From Candidatus Krumholzibacteriota bacterium (GTDB taxonomy: Bacteria > Krumholzibacteriota > Krumholzibacteriia > JAJRXK01), in the NCBI GenBank assembly GCA_029262065.1, contig JAJDAC010000022.1:251982-315981 (forward strand): 64,000 nt of DNA. Direction: 5' to 3'. A program made the position numbers and the translations under genes. Positions 48,200 to 57,356 of this stretch are shown here, piece after piece; within the stretch, counting starts at the first letter, position 1; each line of letters begins with the position of its first letter. The notes under the pieces were generated by a model. It did not search any database. It had not been told where the DNA came from and worked only from the letters and a program-made list of their open reading frames with translations.

Positions 48200-49471
48200 T
48201 CACGACGAACCTTTCGCAAGTACTTGGACCTCGGGAATGGGAACCACGAACTGGCCACCCCAATCGTACACGTGCGCGTTGAGCCGTACGATCTCATCCT
48301 TGATGTTCCACGGCAGAATCAAGACATAGTCGGGTTTGGTCTGCGCCAGGTGGTCGGGCGAGAAGATGGGGATGTGGGTGCCCGGCAGGTACCGGCCCTG
48401 CTTGTAGGGACTGCGGTCCACGGTGTACTGGAGGAGATCGGTCCGTATGCCACAGTAGTTCAGCAACGTGTTGCCCTTGCCCGGCGCACCGTAGCCAGCC
48501 ACCGACTTGCCACGCTTTCGCGCATCGATCAGGAACTCCAGGAGAGCATGCTTGGTGGCATCGGTCTTTTCCTGAAACCGTGTGTAGCGCGCGATGTCGC
48601 CAAACCCCTGGGACTTCTCACGGGCCAGAAGCTCCCGAGCCCGTTCGGTCTCCGGCTTGGTTGCGTCGTCATCGTGACAACCGAAAACGCGCAAGGATCC
48701 TCCGTGCGTCGGCACTTCCTCGACATCGAACAACCGTATCCCGTGCGCCGCGAAGATACGGGCCACCGTGATGAAGGAGAAATAGGAGAAGTGTTCATGA
48801 TATATGGTATCGAACTGGTTCTCCTCGATCAGACGCAGCAGATGAGGAAACTCCAACGTAACAACACCTTGCTCGTTCAAAAGCACCTTGAAGCCGGCCA
48901 CGAAATCGTTGAGGTCGTGTACCTGGGCCAAAACATTGTTGGCAATGATCAGGTCGGCCATCTTGCCATCGTCGGCCATACGCCGCGCACTGCCGCGCCC
49001 GAAGAACTCGACACGGGTCGGTACGCCTTTTTCCACCGCCACCTTGGCCACGTTGGCCGCCGGTTCCACACCCATGACTGGCACGCCATGGTTCGCAAAG
49101 TGCTGCAGCAGGTACCCATCGTTACTGGCGACTTCAACCGCTAGACTGTCAGCTCCCAGCCCCAGGCGCTCGGTGATCATTGCAACGTAGCGAGCGCAGT
49201 GATCAACCCACGAATCCGAGTACGACGAAAAGTAGGCGTACTCGGTGAAGATGTCTTCCACGGCCACGTATTCGTCCAACTGGACCAAAAAGCACTCGTG
49301 ACACACCCGGACCCATAGCGGGTAGAACGCTTCCATTCGGTTGAGATTCTCGGCCGCCACATAGCTTTCGCACAGCGGAGACATACCCAGATCCACGAAC
49401 GTGTGCTCGAGCGGCGTGAAGCAGAAACGGCATTCCCCGGGTTGCGGTGCACGGTCAGACATGGGAAGCAC
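48200..49471 (-). CDS. NDP-hexose C-methyltransferase (TylC3-like; N-terminal Zn-ribbon + SAM MTase + C-methyltransferase C-terminal domain)
   Basis: CRFC...CHEC zinc-ribbon. SAM-binding [10 protein letters not shown]. The C-terminal domain is typical of sugar C-methyltransferases. Confidence 0.6.
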   Translation of the reverse strand: MLPMSDRAPQPGECRFCFTPLEHTFVDLGMSPLCESYVAAENLNRMEAFYPLWVRVCHECFLVQLDEYVAVEDIFTEYAYFSSYSDSWVDHCARYVAMITERLGLGADSLAVEVASNDGYLLQHFANHGVPVMGVEPAANVAKVAVEKGVPTRVEFFGRGSARRMADDGKMADLIIANNVLAQVHDLNDFVAGFKVLLNEQGVVTLEFPHLLRLIEENQFDTIYHEHFSYFSFITVARIFAAHGIRLFDVEEVPTHGGSLRVFGCHDDDATKPETERARELLAREKSQGFGDIARYTRFQEKTDATKHALLEFLIDARKRGKSVAGYGAPGKGNTLLNYCGIRTDLLQYTVDRSPYKQGRYLPGTHIPIFSPDHLAQTKPDYVLILPWNIKDEIVRLNAHVYDWGGQFVVPIPEVQVLAKGSS

Positions 49472-50489
49472 TCCAGCTCAGGTCGCTCTGGAGCAATCCG
49501 TCCTCCAGGAGTTGACGAATGTGGGCGATCCGATTGTAGCGGGGACCCTCGAACTCATCGATGGTCAGGCCAAATTTTTCATAGGCCCCAACCAACTGAT
49601 CCACTCCCTTGCGAGCGTTCCACTCCGGTTGAAACGCCGGCACATGCTCGAAGATCTTGGAGCTATCCACCTTGTAGTTACGCGAGTCTGGCCCGGCCTC
49701 GGCCGCAAACGACACCTCGCACTCGGGTAGACGCTCATGGACCAATCTGGCGAGATCTCGAATCTGATAGTTCTCACCCGGAGGCGCGACGTTGAACGCA
49801 TGATCGTGCACGGCCTCCTTGGGCGACTCGAGCACGGCAATGAACGCCGCCGCCATATCCAATACGTGGATGATCGGACGCCAAGGGGACCCGTCGCTTT
49901 TCAACAGAATCTTCCCCGAAGTGAATCCCCAGGCGGTCAGGTTGTTCAAAACAATATCGAATCGATGACGTGGCGATACGCCGTAGGCGGTGGCGAAGCG
50001 CAAGTATGTAGGCGAGAACTGTTCGCCGGCAAGCTGGGCCAGGTCACGTTCGGCCAAGACCTTTGATTCGGCGTAGGGCGTCACCGGCTTCAACTCGCAA
50101 TTCTCGCGGGCGGGTTCGTCCCCTTGTGCGCCGTAGTTGCTACATGAAGAAGTGAAGACGAATCTCTCAACCCCCGCTTCGCGAGCCAATGTTCCCAGAC
50201 GAACGGTGGCCCGATGATTGATCTCGAAAGTGAGGTCGGGGTTCAGATCGCCCAACGGGTCGTTCGACAACGCGGCTAGATGCAACACCGCGTCGTAGCC
50301 TTGCAGATCGTCGACGGTGGCGTTTCGAATATCGAGAATCTTCTCGCGAACCTCGGGCATAGAGGGACCATAGGTGCAGCGGCGATACAGGTCCGTATCC
50401 ATACCGGTCACCTCGTGGCCGGCCGCCATCAACTGGGACACCAGCACGGAACCCACGTAACCCTTGTGGCCAGTCACCAATGTCTTCAA
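49455..50489 (-). CDS. NAD-dependent epimerase/dehydratase (extended SDR)
   Basis: [17 protein letters not shown] (Rossmann GxxGxxG). Catalytic SSCS...YAESK (YxxxK). 344 aa. Confidence 0.75.
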   Translation of the reverse strand: MKTLVTGHKGYVGSVLVSQLMAAGHEVTGMDTDLYRRCTYGPSMPEVREKILDIRNATVDDLQGYDAVLHLAALSNDPLGDLNPDLTFEINHRATVRLGTLAREAGVERFVFTSSCSNYGAQGDEPARENCELKPVTPYAESKVLAERDLAQLAGEQFSPTYLRFATAYGVSPRHRFDIVLNNLTAWGFTSGKILLKSDGSPWRPIIHVLDMAAAFIAVLESPKEAVHDHAFNVAPPGENYQIRDLARLVHERLPECEVSFAAEAGPDSRNYKVDSSKIFEHVPAFQPEWNARKGVDQLVGAYEKFGLTIDEFEGPRYNRIAHIRQLLEDGLLQSDLSWSASHV

Positions 50490-51481
50490 CGAACACCACC
50501 TTCATTCGAATCTTCAAAGTTCATGATCTCGTGGGAAGAACCGTCGGCCGCGTATGGTTCCGCGCCGGGCGCCAATACTCCCCGCTTCGCGTCCTTGCGT
50601 GCTTCGGCGATTTGACCCAATACCCTTGCAACGAGCAGGCGTTGGTAGAACCGCTCCTCGCGATCGAAAGTGAATTGCCATTTGGCGATGCGTTCGATCA
50701 ACAGACGTACCAGGTAGCGTGGGATTCCAAAAAAGGAAACATCGCGCGGATACGGCTTCCGCCGCATCAGGAAGCGGCCGTAGTTGAAATACCAATTGCG
50801 CAGATAGTCAGGGTGCAACTTCTGGGTTTCGATGGGGTGAAAGACCACGGCCTCTGGCTCGTAGAGCAACGTCGCCCCGGCATCCATCATACGAGCCGAC
50901 AACTCGGTATCTTCGCCTCGGCCCATGGGGTTGTTGCCCGTGGGGCCCAGGTCGGTCCGAAACGTACCGTACTTCTCGATCGCCGTTCGGCGAAACGCCA
51001 TGTTGGCGCCGAAGGGCGACCGATTCAGCCTTACCCGGTCGGGGCCCAGATCGAACCGGAACGGAAAGAAACGGGCCTGCTTGAGCCAGGCCAGGCCACC
51101 GTCTTCGAATACCGGCAGGATCTTGCCGCCGGCTCCCGCGCAGTCGGTAGTGGCAAACGTGTTCCATAGGGCCTGGATCCACCCGGGTCCCAGTCCCACA
51201 TCGTCGTCGGTAAACAGAAGTATGTCGCCCGCCGCCATCTCGATGCCCCGGTTCAAGGCGAACGATTTTCCGATACGCTCTTCGAGTGCATAACCCACAC
51301 GGCCGCCGGTTTCCTCGGCGAATTCTTGGACCACTTGCGGTGTCGAGTCGCTGGATCCGTTGTCCACCACCACGACTTCCCAGCTCAGGTCGTCGGAAAC
51401 TTCTTGATTCAGCAACGAACGCAAAACGTTCGCCAGGCGCTGGCTACGATCACGGGTGCAGATGATGATGGTGATGTCCAT
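50486..51481 (-). CDS. Family-2 glycosyltransferase
   Basis: [12 protein letters not shown]...[10 protein letters not shown]... LFTDDD is a GT-A fold DxD-containing GT2. Confidence 0.7.
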   Translation of the reverse strand: MDITIIICTRDRSQRLANVLRSLLNQEVSDDLSWEVVVVDNGSSDSTPQVVQEFAEETGGRVGYALEERIGKSFALNRGIEMAAGDILLFTDDDVGLGPGWIQALWNTFATTDCAGAGGKILPVFEDGGLAWLKQARFFPFRFDLGPDRVRLNRSPFGANMAFRRTAIEKYGTFRTDLGPTGNNPMGRGEDTELSARMMDAGATLLYEPEAVVFHPIETQKLHPDYLRNWYFNYGRFLMRRKPYPRDVSFFGIPRYLVRLLIERIAKWQFTFDREERFYQRLLVARVLGQIAEARKDAKRGVLAPGAEPYAADGSSHEIMNFEDSNEGGVR

Positions 51482-51502
51482 GATGCTGAGCGTTCTGCCA
51501 GG

Positions 51503-52726
51503 CTAGGCTCCGGGGGTCTCCATTGGAGAAGCAGGCGCCGCCCCGTGTCGGACGGTCACTTTGGGTTTGCAGTTCGCCACGCCACGCACCTCAACGCCGG
51601 TATTCACGTAGACCGTGGCGGCTGGATTCATCGTATCGAACACATACTCGGTACCGTAGTTGTAGACGGTTATCTCAATGTCGTAGGCACCGTTCGCCAA
51701 ATTCAGATCGAGTTGAAAGGAACAGCTATAGGTGCTTCCCGACCGCAGGGAAAATGGCTCCTCGCCGAGTCTTTCGGTGGAAGTGTTGAACACGTTGTAA
51801 CCACTGCGATCCAGCATATCCAGCACCACCGCGAGACCTTCGCAATCAGCCAGACCCTCAAGCTCCACATCGATCCATGCACGTTCTCCGCTGTCGAACC
51901 GCATGTTCGCGCCGTCTTCGCCACGCAGTGAAACTGACACGATGCGTGCCTTGTGCCCCTCCCGATTCCGTGATGCGTAGGAAAGCCCCATGTAGGATTG
52001 GATGACTTCCTCAATGGGCCCAATCGACATCATCTGACCACGGTCGAGCAATAGGCTTCGGCCACAAAGGTCAGCCACGGCCTGCAGGTTGTGCGACACG
52101 AACACCACCGTCGTTCCGTTCTGGATCACAGTGTTCATGCGATCGAGGCACTTCTTCTGAAACATGTGATCGCCTACGCTCAGCACCTCGTCCACTACCA
52201 GAATCTCGGCGTCGACGTGCGCGGCCACCGCAAAACCAAGTCGCGCGTACATTCCGCTGGAATAGCGCTTCACCGGCGTATCGATGAAGTCACTGAGCCC
52301 AGAGAACTCCACGATTTCGTCGAAACGCAGTTCGATCTCGCGCCTGGCCATGCCCAGGATGGTCCCGTTCAGGTAGATGTTTTCTCGACCAGTCAGGTCG
52401 GGATGAAAACCCGCCCCGACTTCGATCAACGCCGACAAACTGCCGTTGACGTCGATCGTTCCCTTCGTGGGACGCATGATGCCACTCAACAGTTTCAAGA
52501 TCGTGCTCTTGCCCGCGCCGTTGTGACCGACGATTCCGAATGCCTCACCACGCGTGATCTCGAAAGAGATTTCCTTCAGCGCCCAGAACTCTCGCGACTC
52601 AAGATTCCCGGTGCGACGCAGGAATCGGCCAGTCAGCGCAGGCAGCAGGTCACGCAGCGAATCGTGGATCTCGCCCCGCTTGAACTTCTTATGAACATCG
52701 TCGAATGTGAGCACTACGTCGGACAA
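51503..52726 (-). CDS. wzt: ABC transporter ATP-binding protein for polysaccharide export (Wzt/TagH-like with C-terminal carbohydrate-binding extension)
   Basis: Walker A GHNGAGKST, signature YSSGMYARLGFA, Walker B ILVVDE. A ~150-aa C-terminal beta-rich extension follows. Confidence 0.85.
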   Translation of the reverse strand: MSDVVLTFDDVHKKFKRGEIHDSLRDLLPALTGRFLRRTGNLESREFWALKEISFEITRGEAFGIVGHNGAGKSTILKLLSGIMRPTKGTIDVNGSLSALIEVGAGFHPDLTGRENIYLNGTILGMARREIELRFDEIVEFSGLSDFIDTPVKRYSSGMYARLGFAVAAHVDAEILVVDEVLSVGDHMFQKKCLDRMNTVIQNGTTVVFVSHNLQAVADLCGRSLLLDRGQMMSIGPIEEVIQSYMGLSYASRNREGHKARIVSVSLRGEDGANMRFDSGERAWIDVELEGLADCEGLAVVLDMLDRSGYNVFNTSTERLGEEPFSLRSGSTYSCSFQLDLNLANGAYDIEITVYNYGTEYVFDTMNPAATVYVNTGVEVRGVANCKPKVTVRHGAAPASPMETPGA

Positions 52727-52755
52727 CTGATTCCCCTCGCCCCTCGCGTTGCTTT

Positions 52756-53541
52756 CTAGATGCTTTCGGCGAACATCGGCTCCGCCTTCTTGAAGAACGA
52801 ATATCCGGCGGTAAGCAAGATCACCGATACTGCCGCGCTATATCCAACCCACAGAAAATCGGGCGATTCGTGAAGCACCACGGTGTCGTTGAGACCCTCG
52901 AGAATCGGCGCCACGGGGTTGAGTAGAAGCACCGTGCCCCACTTACCGAACATCTCAACCTCGTAGAACACTGGCGTGAAGAAAATCGCGAACGTCAGGA
53001 CCACTTCGGTAAGATACTTCACGTCCCGGAAGAACAAACTGGCGGCGGACAAGACGGTGCCCAGCCCAACCGTGAACAACACCAACAGAGCAATGAGCAA
53101 TGGCGCCCACAACACCTGCAGCGACAGGCCAACGCCCGACACGAGCAAGATCACGGTCAGCGCGACGGAAGCCACGAGGAAATCGATGAGTTGCGACGCG
53201 ACCGACGCCACGGGAAAGATCTCCTTGGGAAACGATATCTTTGTCACCAGGTTTGTGTTGGCGATGAGGCTGTTGGTGGCGAACCGCAGGGCGGAAACAA
53301 AGAACGCCCACGGCACCGCCTTGACTGAGATGGTGGCTACTTCGCTGAGCAAGAAGGGCTTCTGCGCCACGTGAGCCATGGCGTACTTCACCAGAATGCC
53401 CGCCGCCACGATGATCAATGGCATGAAGATGGCCCACAGGAAGCCCATCATTGACTGCTTGTACTTGATGCGTACTTCACGCCACGTGATCATGTACAGC
53501 AGCTCACGGTAGCGAAAGAGGGTTTTCAGGTGCTCCAGCAT
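52756..53541 (-). CDS. wzm: ABC-2 type polysaccharide export permease (Wzm/TagG-like)
   Basis: 261 aa, 6 transmembrane helices. N-terminus LFRYRELLYMITWREVRIKYKQSMMGFLWAI typical of Wzm. Confidence 0.8.
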   Translation of the reverse strand: MLEHLKTLFRYRELLYMITWREVRIKYKQSMMGFLWAIFMPLIIVAAGILVKYAMAHVAQKPFLLSEVATISVKAVPWAFFVSALRFATNSLIANTNLVTKISFPKEIFPVASVASQLIDFLVASVALTVILLVSGVGLSLQVLWAPLLIALLVLFTVGLGTVLSAASLFFRDVKYLTEVVLTFAIFFTPVFYEVEMFGKWGTVLLLNPVAPILEGLNDTVVLHESPDFLWVGYSAAVSVILLTAGYSFFKKAEPMFAESI

Positions 53542-53558
53542 GTGCCTCTACTGGCCGC

Positions 53559-54530
53559 TTACGCGGCTAGCTTTCCGCGCATCCGGCGCAGCGTCGACGC
53601 GGGGTTACCAGCCAGGTTGGCCACGGCGCGACCAGCGCAGCCCAACTTCCGGCGCCAGTCCCATTCGATCTCCATCTCTTTCATGCCCGATTCATGGTAG
53701 TCCCAGAATTCCTTCGAACGCCGCGACAGCAACGCCTCGCCAAGATAGGCCCAGTACCGACCACCCAGTTCGCGCGCACGACGGTCGCACTCGTGCGGCT
53801 CGAGGGCCCAGCTGCCGTACTCGTGGAGCAGTACAAGTTCGTGGAGCAGATACGGGTTGAATGACTCGAACGCGGAGGTGATCGATGCGTTGTCCACTCG
53901 GACGTAGGTCAAGACCCGATGAACGAAGCCAAAGTCACTTTCTTTCAACAGCTCGTAGCACACCTTCGTGTCTTCCAGAAGACTCTCTTCGGAGTAGAAC
54001 CTCGGTCGCGCGCGAACCAGGTCACTGCGGTACATGACCGTGGAGGGTGAACCGAACACCGACATGGAATGAAGCAGGTGCCGACGGCAAGCCGTCCGGC
54101 CCGAAACTACCGCCTCTTCAAAGGCAAGACCCTGTGCGCCCACCCTTCGGCCGCGCAGGAGATATGCTCCTACCAGACCCACGGCGGGGTTTGCGTCGGC
54201 GAGAGTGGCCATGGCGTCGAGGCACTCGGGCATCATCCAGTCGTCGGCCTGGATTACCTTGCAGTACCGACTCTCGTCGGATATCGACGCCATCGCTCGG
54301 TTGTAGTTGGGCACCTGGGCCAGGAACTCTTCGTGCCTGACGTGACGGATTCGACTGTCGCGCCTGGAGTACTCGGCGGCAATATCGCTGGTTCCATCGG
54401 TACTGCGATTGTCGGCAATGATGTATTCCCACTGGGTGTGGGTCTGCGCCAGTACGCTGTCGATACACTCGGCCAGCGAATCGGCCGTGTTGTAGACAGG
54501 CGTGACGATGCTCACGAATGACTGGCTCAT
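53559..54530 (-). CDS. Family-2 glycosyltransferase (first gene of polysaccharide operon)
   Basis: Proposed start MSQSFVSIVTPVYNTADSLAECIDSVLAQTH...YIIADNRSTDGT, typical of GT2. The ORF could extend to 54602. Confidence 0.65.
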   Translation of the reverse strand: MSQSFVSIVTPVYNTADSLAECIDSVLAQTHTQWEYIIADNRSTDGTSDIAAEYSRRDSRIRHVRHEEFLAQVPNYNRAMASISDESRYCKVIQADDWMMPECLDAMATLADANPAVGLVGAYLLRGRRVGAQGLAFEEAVVSGRTACRRHLLHSMSVFGSPSTVMYRSDLVRARPRFYSEESLLEDTKVCYELLKESDFGFVHRVLTYVRVDNASITSAFESFNPYLLHELVLLHEYGSWALEPHECDRRARELGGRYWAYLGEALLSRRSKEFWDYHESGMKEMEIEWDWRRKLGCAGRAVANLAGNPASTLRRMRGKLAA

Positions 54531-54689
54531 CTGCCCTTTTTTGCTTCGAAGGTTATGCATTCCCGCATGGGTCCATGATCCCATCTGCGACATCCGTACC
54601 ACTCGGGCTGGAAGCGGTCAATACACTGGCCGCCGAGGACGCGTTCGCGTTTCACACCCAATCCGCACCAATTCCCATAACCGTGGCCT

Positions 54690-54745
54690 CGGTACCGAAA
54701 ACGAACGCATGTTATTGAATTAAAACAACTTAATGGATCTTTCCT
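54690..54745 (-). promoter_or_regulatory. AT-rich putative promoter of the 11-gene polysaccharide operon, with ~170-nt leader
   Basis: AT-rich island (ttattgaattaaaacaacttaatgg) upstream of the first minus-strand gene. All genes from 54530 down to 43538 are co-directional with gaps of 30 bp or less. Confidence 0.3.
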
Positions 54746-57218
54746 AGCGCCGGCCCATGAGAATCCAGGGAGCCCACTTGTCCGGAGCGGACCATCGCGG
54801 GTCGTGCCGCAGAAAGAGCTTCGCCTTGCGCAGTGCCTGGGCGTACTCGCGCTGCGCAAATTCTGGCGCCAGCATCGCCCGCCTCAGCACCTCCTCGGCG
54901 GCATCATCGACCGCTTCGGACACGGGCAGCACCACGCGCTGGGTTCCCGCCGAGAGAAAGGCATGGGCGACCTCCAGGCCCTGGACGCCGGCCTGGGGCC
55001 ACGATAACCAGGCCAACGCGGCCTCCTGGCTCAACTGGGTCAACTCGAACGCACTCAGGTGGCCGTTGTCCTCTTCGTGTCCTGATCCCGGCGACAGTTT
55101 CAACGCGGGCCCCTGGGCGCCCTGGGACGGGCTCACGCGAGTTGCCACGTGAAGTAGCTCGACCCTCCCCAGCAGCTGCCGCAGTTCTCCCTCGGTGGCG
55201 TTCCTGCCCGTGAGTTCGGCCACGCGCACGCCCCGCAGCGACGTGGTGAACACGTGGCTCTGCCTCTGACTGGACGGCCAGGTGTTTTCTTCCCCAGGGA
55301 GCGCGGGCGCGCTCAGGGTAACCATTACACCGGATGGGGGCTCCACCTCGGACTGGGCGAGAATTGCCAGCATGGCCACGGACGGGGCGTACCGAACCGT
55401 TGGCCCAGAGTCCAACCAATACACCGGATCAGGAGCGTTGACCGAACCCGTGATCAGGGTCTCGAAGGGAAATCCCACCAGTACGGAGTGAGGCACCACG
55501 ATCACGTGCGCCTTCTCGGCCAGCGTGGGCCGCACTGTTTCGGGCACCAGAATTTCCCAGAGGGCGTGTCCGCGCGCGAGCGGTTGATCCTCGAGGGTGG
55601 GCGCCTCCAGCCAGCCGCGCAACCCGTCACGCCCCACTCCGAGCGAGCGAGCGAGCTTGCCCGTGCGGTCGACAGCTTCGAGCTCTACGGCTTCGAGTGG
55701 ACGATCCGCGGTGGCGACGAACACGAAGCTACGATCACGACCCACGTGGTACTGCAGAAGGGATTCGTCGTCCCACAGGTGCAGAGATGGATTCAGGGAC
55801 ACTAGCCTGGGGTGTTTCCAGAGCACGGTTTCCTCGAAGCGCCGCACGTCGGCTCGCGCAAGCCGCCAGGCCTGCCACGTCGCGTCGATCGAACCTGTAT
55901 CGATTTGCCGAATGTCGTCGCGAACCGCGAGTGCACGCGCGTTTCGCTCACGGTTGATCGCCTCGGCGTGGCGCGGGTTGCGTGCAGGCAATTTCAGCGG
56001 TCGCAGCCAGGCCTGAAAGCACTCCGCCACGAACATTGCCTCGGTCGGAGTGTCCGCATCGACATTCCAGGCCACCAGGTCATCGGCCAATGCCGCCACG
56101 TGATGGGGCCACTCGAGTTCACTCGCGCGACGGGGACACCCGGCCGCGGGTATTTCTTCGCGCATGGCCCACGCAGCCCGAGCGTCGTCCAGCCCCTGCT
56201 CACGTTTTCCTTGCGCGTCGAAGCGCCGAGCGCGGGTCATCAGCGCCACCGCCAGGTTCGTCGCGAAGCGGGGGTGCGACGCGAAGATCTCTATTTCAGT
56301 ATCGAGTCCCGCCGGGCCCAATTGCGACCGTGGACCAGCGAGTCGGGCCAGAACCAGACGGAGCCGAGCACAATCAGGATCCCGGAACCCCAGACTGGAT
56401 TCGAACCGCGCCAGTATCGGTCGCAGCGAATCGACCGCGGCGACGGCCAGGCCAGCCCGCAGGGCCGCCACGGCCCGATCGGCGTGGGCGCGTACCAGCC
56501 AACGCAACGGGACACCGCCATTGCCCGCGGCCAGCAATGCCTCACTCCACCAACGGTGAGCATCCCGCCACTGTCCGCCACTGGCCTCCAGCATCGCCCT
56601 CTCGTGGTTCCACTCGAACCGGGAGGTCAGGTCGTCGGGGTCCAGAACGATCGATTCGAGTACGGAACGCGCCGGGTCAAGCCGGCCTTCCGCGCGCAGC
56701 GCGCGGGCCACACCCAGACGGGCGCGTGAACGAGCCAAGTCTGACGAGTCCATGGAAACGATCGATTCGTACGCTTCGCGCGCCGGGACGTACAGGCCGC
56801 GAAACACGAGGAGTTGGGCCAGCTGATCGAGCCAGTTCGCGAGTTCGGTAGTCTGATCGACCGACCGCGACGGTTGCGACTGCACGATCCCCACGGCCAC
56901 CTCGTACGCCGCGGAGGCATCCTCGAGCCGACGCTGTGCGTCGGTCAGCTGAGCCAGGCGAGCCCAGGCGGCAGCCACTTCGAACGCACCCTCGCCGAAC
57001 TGCTCGCGCGCGACTTCGATCGCCATCTGGGCCTGGTCCAGCCCGGAGATCCGTTGACGGGGAGTGGACGGCGATGCTTCCGAGGGGCCCGAACGCAGGC
57101 TGACCGGGCCGGCGGTAGGAGCCGGTTGCGCCGGCGGCGCTGGCTCACGTGCGCATGCCGCCAGAGCCACCACCAGGAGCACGAGACAGCCGCAAATGTA
57201 GGAGCACCGAATATTCAT
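54744..57218 (-). CDS. Exported TPR-repeat protein with C-terminal CHAT-like domain lacking the catalytic His/Cys (predicted pseudo-protease)
   Basis: Internal start with lipobox (MNIRCSYICGCLVLLVVALAACA). Long TPR-like N-terminal region. The C-terminal domain aligns with the CHAT domain of the 8729-11116 protein, but LHFATHA becomes LHVATRV (His to Arg) and LSACRT becomes LSWPQA (Cys to Pro). Confidence 0.5.
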   Translation of the reverse strand: MNIRCSYICGCLVLLVVALAACAREPAPPAQPAPTAGPVSLRSGPSEASPSTPRQRISGLDQAQMAIEVAREQFGEGAFEVAAAWARLAQLTDAQRRLEDASAAYEVAVGIVQSQPSRSVDQTTELANWLDQLAQLLVFRGLYVPAREAYESIVSMDSSDLARSRARLGVARALRAEGRLDPARSVLESIVLDPDDLTSRFEWNHERAMLEASGGQWRDAHRWWSEALLAAGNGGVPLRWLVRAHADRAVAALRAGLAVAAVDSLRPILARFESSLGFRDPDCARLRLVLARLAGPRSQLGPAGLDTEIEIFASHPRFATNLAVALMTRARRFDAQGKREQGLDDARAAWAMREEIPAAGCPRRASELEWPHHVAALADDLVAWNVDADTPTEAMFVAECFQAWLRPLKLPARNPRHAEAINRERNARALAVRDDIRQIDTGSIDATWQAWRLARADVRRFEETVLWKHPRLVSLNPSLHLWDDESLLQYHVGRDRSFVFVATADRPLEAVELEAVDRTGKLARSLGVGRDGLRGWLEAPTLEDQPLARGHALWEILVPETVRPTLAEKAHVIVVPHSVLVGFPFETLITGSVNAPDPVYWLDSGPTVRYAPSVAMLAILAQSEVEPPSGVMVTLSAPALPGEENTWPSSQRQSHVFTTSLRGVRVAELTGRNATEGELRQLLGRVELLHVATRVSPSQGAQGPALKLSPGSGHEEDNGHLSAFELTQLSQEAALAWLSWPQAGVQGLEVAHAFLSAGTQRVVLPVSEAVDDAAEEVLRRAMLAPEFAQREYAQALRKAKLFLRHDPRWSAPDKWAPWILMGRR

Positions 57219-57252
57219 TGAGGACCACCTGCGCGGCCACTCTATCGCAACG

Positions 57253-57268
57253 TTCATTCGACGTCGAA
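57253..57268. promoter_or_regulatory. 16-bp perfect palindrome CATTCGACGTCGAATG upstream of the CHAT-like gene
   Basis: Located ~35-50 bp upstream of the proposed start codon at 57218; candidate operator. Confidence 0.3.
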
Positions 57269-57293
57269 TGATCCACGGCCGAAGTGGGAAAAG

Positions 57294-57328
57294 AGAAGAG
57301 CCCGACCCCAAAAAGGGTCGGGCTCTTC
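57294..57328 (-). terminator. Rho-independent terminator of paralog A (14-bp stem GAAGAGCCCGACCC)
   Basis: GAAGAGCCCGACCC-caaaaa-GGGTCGGGCTCTTC. On the minus strand the hairpin is followed by TCTTTTCCC. Confidence 0.7.
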
Positions 57329-57356
57329 GTCTCCGTCGCGCGGATGAATTCGGAAT

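Noticed and set aside
54600-54745. RfaH ops/JUMPStart antitermination element in the leader of the polysaccharide operon.
   Set aside because: The closest match, GGCGGCCAGTGT, differs from the GGCGGTAGCGTG ops consensus at several positions, so it is not supportable.
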